Part shown: one piece after another, positions 58,736 through 64,000 of the stretch
Position numbering within the stretch: the stretch's first letter is position 1
Layout: every line of letters starts with the position of its first letter
IMG/VR virus record: IMGVR_UViG_3300009826_000018
Span: 1-64,000 of that record
Direction: 5' to 3' (one strand)
Source: an uncultured virus (IMG/VR IMGVR_UViG_3300009826_000018)
Taxonomy: Duplodnaviria; Heunggongvirae; Uroviricota; Caudoviricetes
DNA: 64,000 nucleotides
Made by a program: the position numbers and the translations under genes
The notes under the pieces: model-generated
What the model was told of the DNA's origin: nothing
The model's database searches: none
The model's input: only the letters and a program-made list of their open reading frames with translations

Positions 58736-61700
58736 TTAGATAAGTTGTGTTTCAAAATCAGCAAGTGTTTTAGGTATTCGCCAATTACGTGTGGTAGCAC
58801 TTGTTTGTGGAAAAGTTGATATTAATTCAAGAGAACCATCATCTTGTATTTCAGAAACCTTCCAATTATAAAGAACTACGGGTTGTCCACCATATTCTTG
58901 TATGTTATAAACCCTTGTTTCATTTACACCCGGTCTAAATCCCGGTATATTTGTTGAGTTTTCATTTGGTGTTATTAAAATTTGATTAGTGTCGGGGTCT
59001 CTATTAGAACCATTAACAAATGCGGGTGTTATAATACCCATTAATTTGTTAAACATAACATTTTTCAAATCAATTCTAGCATCTAACAATCTATTTTTTG
59101 AATCCCTGGCAATACATTGTATTCTCAAAGCTTCAATCCGGGAAGGATTTGTGCTTGATATATTTGCGGTTGGCCATATGAAACTAAACGTTTGTGTGGT
59201 ATCCGTTAGTGCACCACTAAGTCCTGTAACGTTAATAGCAGTGGGATTACCATTAATAATTGCAGTAATTCCCCTTCGATAAGTTATTGTGGGTGTTCCA
59301 CCAATAGCATTAATAGATACTGTTATTTGTGCACCTGGTTTCCATTCAGACGGGTCTTCTAATATAGTAATACCCATCCAATTTTCGTTACAAGTATTTC
59401 CAAGTTCACTACATTCAACAAAATCAACCGCTTCCTCCGGATCATTAGTGTATTTCCAATTAAATGGTGGGCGTTGTATCGTAATGTATGCTCTACTTGC
59501 CTCTACTTCTAAAGGTGCTATAGTGTTAAAACCGCTATTAGCACTACTAACAAAACATCTAAGTTCCAAAATGTATTTTCCTTCCGCATTAAATCTATTA
59601 TCAGGAACATTTTGTGTTATTGATGGGACATTTAAGGCATTTGTTGTTGTTTGCCACGTAGTTTGTTGTGTGAGCATCCAAACATCAGAACTTAAATGTG
59701 GGTTTATAGAACCAACACCACCCGGAACCACCGCCCCCCATCTATAACGATAACCACCAAAACCGTTTTGTGCTTGACAAACACCTGGTATTGTAGTATC
59801 TTCTATTATTGTTGTTGCCGCAGGTATTATTTGTGCGGTAATCATTATAGCTGTTTGAACATTTCGATAAGTTGAGGGTCCGGGTGCTATAACATGTGAA
59901 ACCCCCGTAACATCAAATGGTACACCCATTGCTCTTACTTCACAACTTACCTGATGTAATCCACCAACCGTTGGTTTATAAATCATTGTGTTGGGAGTTT
60001 CGTGTGTTTCTGAATTTTGGGTAACAGTGTGTATTATTACATTATTTATTCTTATAAAAAAAGTGTATTCGTATGGTGGCATTGAACCACTTGGTACACA
60101 GACCGCTGTAAAGGTGTCTTTTGGACCATCTACCCACATATTTACTTGATTGGTTGTACCATCTATGTTTAGTGTAGCAGATAACGTTGTTAAACGCCAT
60201 ATAGTAATGGGTTCACAAACAAATGTTATAGCATCAGCAGCAGTTGATTCAAATATAGTACAACATACTTCAAGTGGTACGTTATGTCTAGCACTAACAT
60301 TCATATTAGCATCGGTCTGCGTCCATGTATTAGAAGTTTGTGAAGCAGCAGTTAATAATACAGCACCCGTGTTCTTGTTACGTAAAGAAAACACATATCT
60401 ATAAGTATTACCATTTGGATTTGGTGGACTTGGTGTCACTGTTGCTGTAAACGATCCCAAATTACTAACTGTGACCAATCGGTTATCAGGTATTGTTATA
60501 ACACCTGTTAATGGGAATATTACAATGGGTACTACAACATCTGTATCTGATATGGTTGTAGTACCTGTGTGGCGTATAAACCCATCTTTTCTTATTGTAT
60601 AAGGATATGTGCCTTGTAAAACCTCAACTTCATATGTGCCATCATCATTATTTTCAATATCATTAGGAATATTAGTAGTAATAATATTTGCATCTACTAC
60701 CGGTTGTCCACTAACATTGAAAGAAATATCATAATTCTTATAGAAAAAATCTCCACCACCAGCGGTTATATCAAAGGTCAAAAGGAAACTTTTCTTAACA
60801 AGTACAACTTCAACTACTTCGTCAGCGTGGTCAATAGTAACATCACCCTCTACTGAATCATAATTATCTTTTGATACATTCCAATCATATTTACCATTTT
60901 TGATAAATGTTGTATATGTTCCGTTGTTATGGTTTATTAAAGAAATTGTTAATTCGGGGTCTGAATCAACAACTTCAATTATAGCATCCGTAATTGGGGT
61001 GTTTGTTCCCTCTTCCGAAACAATGAACTTTAATTCGTGTGTTAACGGTTGAAGTTCAACTAATACCTCAACATCTTGTGGTATGTCACCATCCGCTACG
61101 ACTGTTCCTGTTTCAGGATAATATCCTTCTGCGGACACATCCCAAGGATATGTACCGTTTTTCAGTGTTGTTATATAATAACCACCACCAATATTTTCTA
61201 TTTCAAGTTCAGGGCACAAAACAGTTGCGTCAACTATGTGTTCACGTGTCCTTTTATCTATCACTTCAAAAATTATTTTATGTACCGCGTCTATTTGAAA
61301 ACGTAAATCTATTACATCTTCTCCGCAGTCATTTGCAACTTTTAATTTGACAGTATATTCACCATACCCTGTTGGTGTACCACTAAGTACACCATTTGAA
61401 TTGATTGTTAAACCAGCAGGCATTGTTCCTTCGACCGACCAAGTACCTGGACTACCACTGTGTTGAAATGCACCACCTCTTGGTTCACCCATTATGGCGT
61501 GAATATAACCAGCATATTGTATTTTTGGGGGACCACAAATTATCAAAGTAATATCCTCAATCACCTCACAACAAACACTTCTAAATCGCACCGTGAAAGT
61601 AAATTCACCAAATACTTCGGGAATACCGCTAATCAAACCTGTTTCCTGATTTAACATTAATCCTGTTGGTAAAACCCCCACAAATACCTCAAAAACACCC

Positions 61701-64000
61701 GGTGTTCCGTCATTTTTTAGTTGTATGTTTATTTCTTCACCTTCTATAATTTCATATTCTTCTTCACTAACGTTATCTACCGGTGAACACACAAACATAT
61801 GAATCATATGTTCTACATCACCGCAATAATTTTCCGCTTTTATTGTGAAATAAAAATCACCAAATTCTTCTGTTATTCCGCTAATATTACCTGTTTCACC
61901 ATCCAAAATTAAACCTTGTGGTAAACCTTTCTTACCACCGGCAGCGACTATATCTGCGGGTATTTCCCGATCCACTATTAACCAAGCGTGGGGTATCGTT
62001 CCTTCAAACATTATATTTGCTGAATATTCGTCACCTAATTCTGTGTACAAATAATTTGTTGTTACTTCCGGTTTTCTACAAACGAACATTGTTACTTCTC
62101 TTTCGTCTTCACCACAAGAATTTTCAACTTTTACGGTAATTGTGAAGTCACCAAACATTGCCCAATCGCTTGGAACACCGGTAATTTCACCTGTTTCAGG
62201 ATTCAAACTTAATCCCGGTGGTAAGTCTGTCCATTCTCTCACACCTTTGGTAATTGACCACGTTGCGGGTTTTGTACCAAACGCTTCTAATTGTTGTGAG
62301 TTTTCTTCTGCAATAACAAATTCGATATGTGGGGTTATAACGGTTGGTTGAGCACACACAAACATATGAATAGTGTGTTCTACCTCACCACAATAATTTT
62401 CTACTTTTACGGTGAACAAGAAGTTACCAAATGTTAATGGTGTCCCACTAACTTCACCTGTAAATTCATCTAACATTAAACCTTCGGGTAATCCATAAAC
62501 ATAACCCTCTAATTGTGCCCATTCAGGTAATTCACTATCAACTATTGACCAATAATCGGGTGTTGTACCTTCATATTGAATATTTGCTGAATATTCGTTG
62601 TTTAACAAACCATACAAATAATTTGTTGTTACTTCCGGTTTTCTACAAACGAACAATTCTATTTCTTTTTCATCTTCACTACAAGAGTTTTCAACTTTAA
62701 CAGTAATTGTGAACTCACCAAACATATTCCAATCAGTTGGAACACCTGTAATTTCACCTGTTTCAGGATTCAAACTTAATCCTGGTGGTAAGTCTGTCCA
62801 ACTATTTACACCTTTTGTTATTGTCCATGTACCTTGTGTACCGAAAGATTCCAATTGTTGTGAGTTTTCTTCTGCGATAACAAATTCAACTCCTTCGGTT
62901 AATACTTCTGCTTTACCGCAAACGTATATATGTAATCCTATTTCGTGTTCACCACAGTAATTTTCAAGTCTTACTACTACGTCAAAGTCACCAAACTCGG
63001 TTGGTACACCTGTTACCCATCCTGTTTCTTCGTCTAATTCCAAACCTTCCGGTAATTCACCTTCAACGATTGACCAAATTCCGGGTGAACCAAAGAATCT
63101 TAATTCTCTTGGGTGTTCTTCATCCATTACTAATGCCAAACTAGTTGTTTGAACTTCGGGTTTAGCACATATAGAAATATTTATTAATTTTACATCCTCA
63201 CCACAATCATTGACAAATTTTGCTACAAAACTAAATTCACCAAATTCGGTTGGTGTTCCAAATATTACACCTTCGGCGGTAATAAATAAACCGTTAGGTA
63301 AAGAACCTTCGGCGATTGACCAAGTTCCTTCTGAACCTATTACTTCTAATTGAACTTCACTTTCTTCTTCAAGAACAAATTCAATATCTTCGGTTATAAC
63401 GGTTGGTTTTAAACATACAGTAAAATTAACTTCTTTTGTTGCTTCACCACAAGCGTTTTCAACTTGTACGGTGATAGTGAAATCACCCGATTCTGTTGGT
63501 ACGCCACTCATAACACCTGTCTCTTCATCTAATTCCAAACCTTCCGGTAATTCACCTTCAATAACAGTCCATTTTCCTGGTCTGCTACCTGTGAATTGGA
63601 ATTGTTGTATAACGTTATCATCTACTACGTAGAAATTATCTATTTCACCTATAATGTTTGGTAATTGACAAACAAATATTACAACTATTCTTGTTGCTTC
63701 ACCACAACTATTTTCAAGTTTTACTTCAAAATGGAAGTGTCCTGATACAACCGGTGTTCCGCTAACTTCACCTGTTTCGGTATTCAAAGTTAAACCTGTT
63801 GGTAATGCGCCGTTTATAATACTCCATGTTCCTGGTGTACCATCTTGTTCAAATTTTGCTGAACCCGCTTCGTTTAATCTGAAATCCATGTGGTCGTTAG
63901 TGATAATCGGTAATCCACACATAAACATATTGATCACCTGTGTATCTTCACCACAAGGGTTAGTTACTTTTACAGTGAATGTAAAATCACCAAATTCTCT
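58736..64000 (-). CDS. Giant putative-Ig (He_PIG) repeat virion protein with carboxypeptidase-regulatory-like domains; 5' end beyond window
   Basis: Repeated G.LP.GL.L..ETG.ISG.P...G.F.F.V...N.CG; frame is open to 64000 (REFGDFTFTVKVTNPCGEDTQVINMFMC). Confidence 0.88.
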   Translation of the reverse strand, partial: REFGDFTFTVKVTNPCGEDTQVINMFMCGLPIITNDHMDFRLNEAGSAKFEQDGTPGTWSIINGALPTGLTLNTETGEVSGTPVVSGHFHFEVKLENSCGEATRIVVIFVCQLPNIIGEIDNFYVVDDNVIQQFQFTGSRPGKWTVIEGELPEGLELDEETGVMSGVPTESGDFTITVQVENACGEATKEVNFTVCLKPTVITEDIEFVLEEESEVQLEVIGSEGTWSIAEGSLPNGLFITAEGVIFGTPTEFGEFSFVAKFVNDCGEDVKLINISICAKPEVQTTSLALVMDEEHPRELRFFGSPGIWSIVEGELPEGLELDEETGWVTGVPTEFGDFDVVVRLENYCGEHEIGLHIYVCGKAEVLTEGVEFVIAEENSQQLESFGTQGTWTITKGVNSWTDLPPGLSLNPETGEITGVPTDWNMFGEFTITVKVENSCSEDEKEIELFVCRKPEVTTNYLYGLLNNEYSANIQYEGTTPDYWSIVDSELPEWAQLEGYVYGLPEGLMLDEFTGEVSGTPLTFGNFLFTVKVENYCGEVEHTIHMFVCAQPTVITPHIEFVIAEENSQQLEAFGTKPATWSITKGVREWTDLPPGLSLNPETGEITGVPSDWAMFGDFTITVKVENSCGEDEREVTMFVCRKPEVTTNYLYTELGDEYSANIMFEGTIPHAWLIVDREIPADIVAAGGKKGLPQGLILDGETGNISGITEEFGDFYFTIKAENYCGDVEHMIHMFVCSPVDNVSEEEYEIIEGEEINIQLKNDGTPGVFEVFVGVLPTGLMLNQETGLISGIPEVFGEFTFTVRFRSVCCEVIEDITLIICGPPKIQYAGYIHAIMGEPRGGAFQHSGSPGTWSVEGTMPAGLTINSNGVLSGTPTGYGEYTVKLKVANDCGEDVIDLRFQIDAVHKIIFEVIDKRTREHIVDATVLCPELEIENIGGGYYITTLKNGTYPWDVSAEGYYPETGTVVADGDIPQDVEVLVELQPLTHELKFIVSEEGTNTPITDAIIEVVDSDPELTISLINHNNGTYTTFIKNGKYDWNVSKDNYDSVEGDVTIDHADEVVEVVLVKKSFLLTFDITAGGGDFFYKNYDISFNVSGQPVVDANIITTNIPNDIENNDDGTYEVEVLQGTYPYTIRKDGFIRHTGTTTISDTDVVVPIVIFPLTGVITIPDNRLVTVSNLGSFTATVTPSPPNPNGNTYRYVFSLRNKNTGAVLLTAASQTSNTWTQTDANMNVSARHNVPLEVCCTIFESTAADAITFVCEPITIWRLTTLSATLNIDGTTNQVNMWVDGPKDTFTAVCVPSGSMPPYEYTFFIRINNVIIHTVTQNSETHETPNTMIYKPTVGGLHQVSCEVRAMGVPFDVTGVSHVIAPGPSTYRNVQTAIMITAQIIPAATTIIEDTTIPGVCQAQNGFGGYRYRWGAVVPGGVGSINPHLSSDVWMLTQQTTWQTTTNALNVPSITQNVPDNRFNAEGKYILELRCFVSSANSGFNTIAPLEVEASRAYITIQRPPFNWKYTNDPEEAVDFVECSELGNTCNENWMGITILEDPSEWKPGAQITVSINAIGGTPTITYRRGITAIINGNPTAINVTGLSGALTDTTQTFSFIWPTANISSTNPSRIEALRIQCIARDSKNRLLDARIDLKNVMFNKLMGIITPAFVNGSNRDPDTNQILITPNENSTNIPGFRPGVNETRVYNIQEYGGQPVVLYNWKVSEIQDDGSLELISTFPQTSATTRNWRIPKTLADFETQLI
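62046..62887 (-). repeat. Recent internal duplication of a two-Ig-domain block (period 567 nt)
   Basis: 43 identical nt at 62046 and 62613, with high identity continuing for about 270 nt. Confidence 0.8.

Noticed and set aside
62046..62887. Diversity-generating retroelement TR/VR pair in the Ig or LRR genes
   Set aside because: Both copies are in-frame parts of the same ORF, mismatches are not adenine-specific, and no reverse transcriptase is in the window.
1..64000. Stop-codon reassignment (TAG to Gln) as in Lak megaphages and some crAss-like phages
   Set aside because: Structural genes of 1300-2100 aa are fully open in the standard code, coding density is high, and TAG ends several genes at sensible positions.
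1..64000. tRNA, tmRNA or rRNA genes; introns or inteins
   Set aside because: No cloverleaf or T-loop motifs found by eye in intergenic gaps, and conserved enzymes appear uninterrupted; a tRNAscan/Infernal run would be needed for certainty.

Overview
This AT-rich, densely coding 64-kb window comes from a large myovirus-type (jumbo) phage genome in the standard genetic code. The host is almost certainly a Bacteroidota member, because canonical TTTG-N19/20-TAnnTTTG promoters are present. Structural or late genes are scattered, mostly on the - strand, and most are preceded by a CTATTTAT motif. They include the 5' end of a T4 gp23-like major capsid protein, a scaffold, a tail sheath, putative neck/tail-completion and internal head proteins, a 2098-aa BspA-type LRR protein and a giant Ig-repeat protein. 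Between them lie + strand accessory blocks encoding five DNA methyltransferase-like genes, nucleases, dNMP kinase, dUTPase, thioredoxin, an ASCH protein, AAA ATPases, an HD-kinase plus RlaP-like pair and an orphan receiver domain. The most striking element is a four-gene NAD operon (PRS/Adps-like, NAMPT/Namat-like, NadE, PncA). Its transferase lacks the nicotinamide-selecting Asp and there is no adenylyltransferase, which suggests a deamidated (nicotinate/NaAD) variant of the phage NAD-reconstitution anti-defence pathway. Other signals are a shared AGGATCGGA upstream motif, a MITE-like 260-bp element, a catalytically dead ThyX, a probable frameshifted gene and structured intergenic RNAs. All calls come from reading motifs by eye; no database searches were run.
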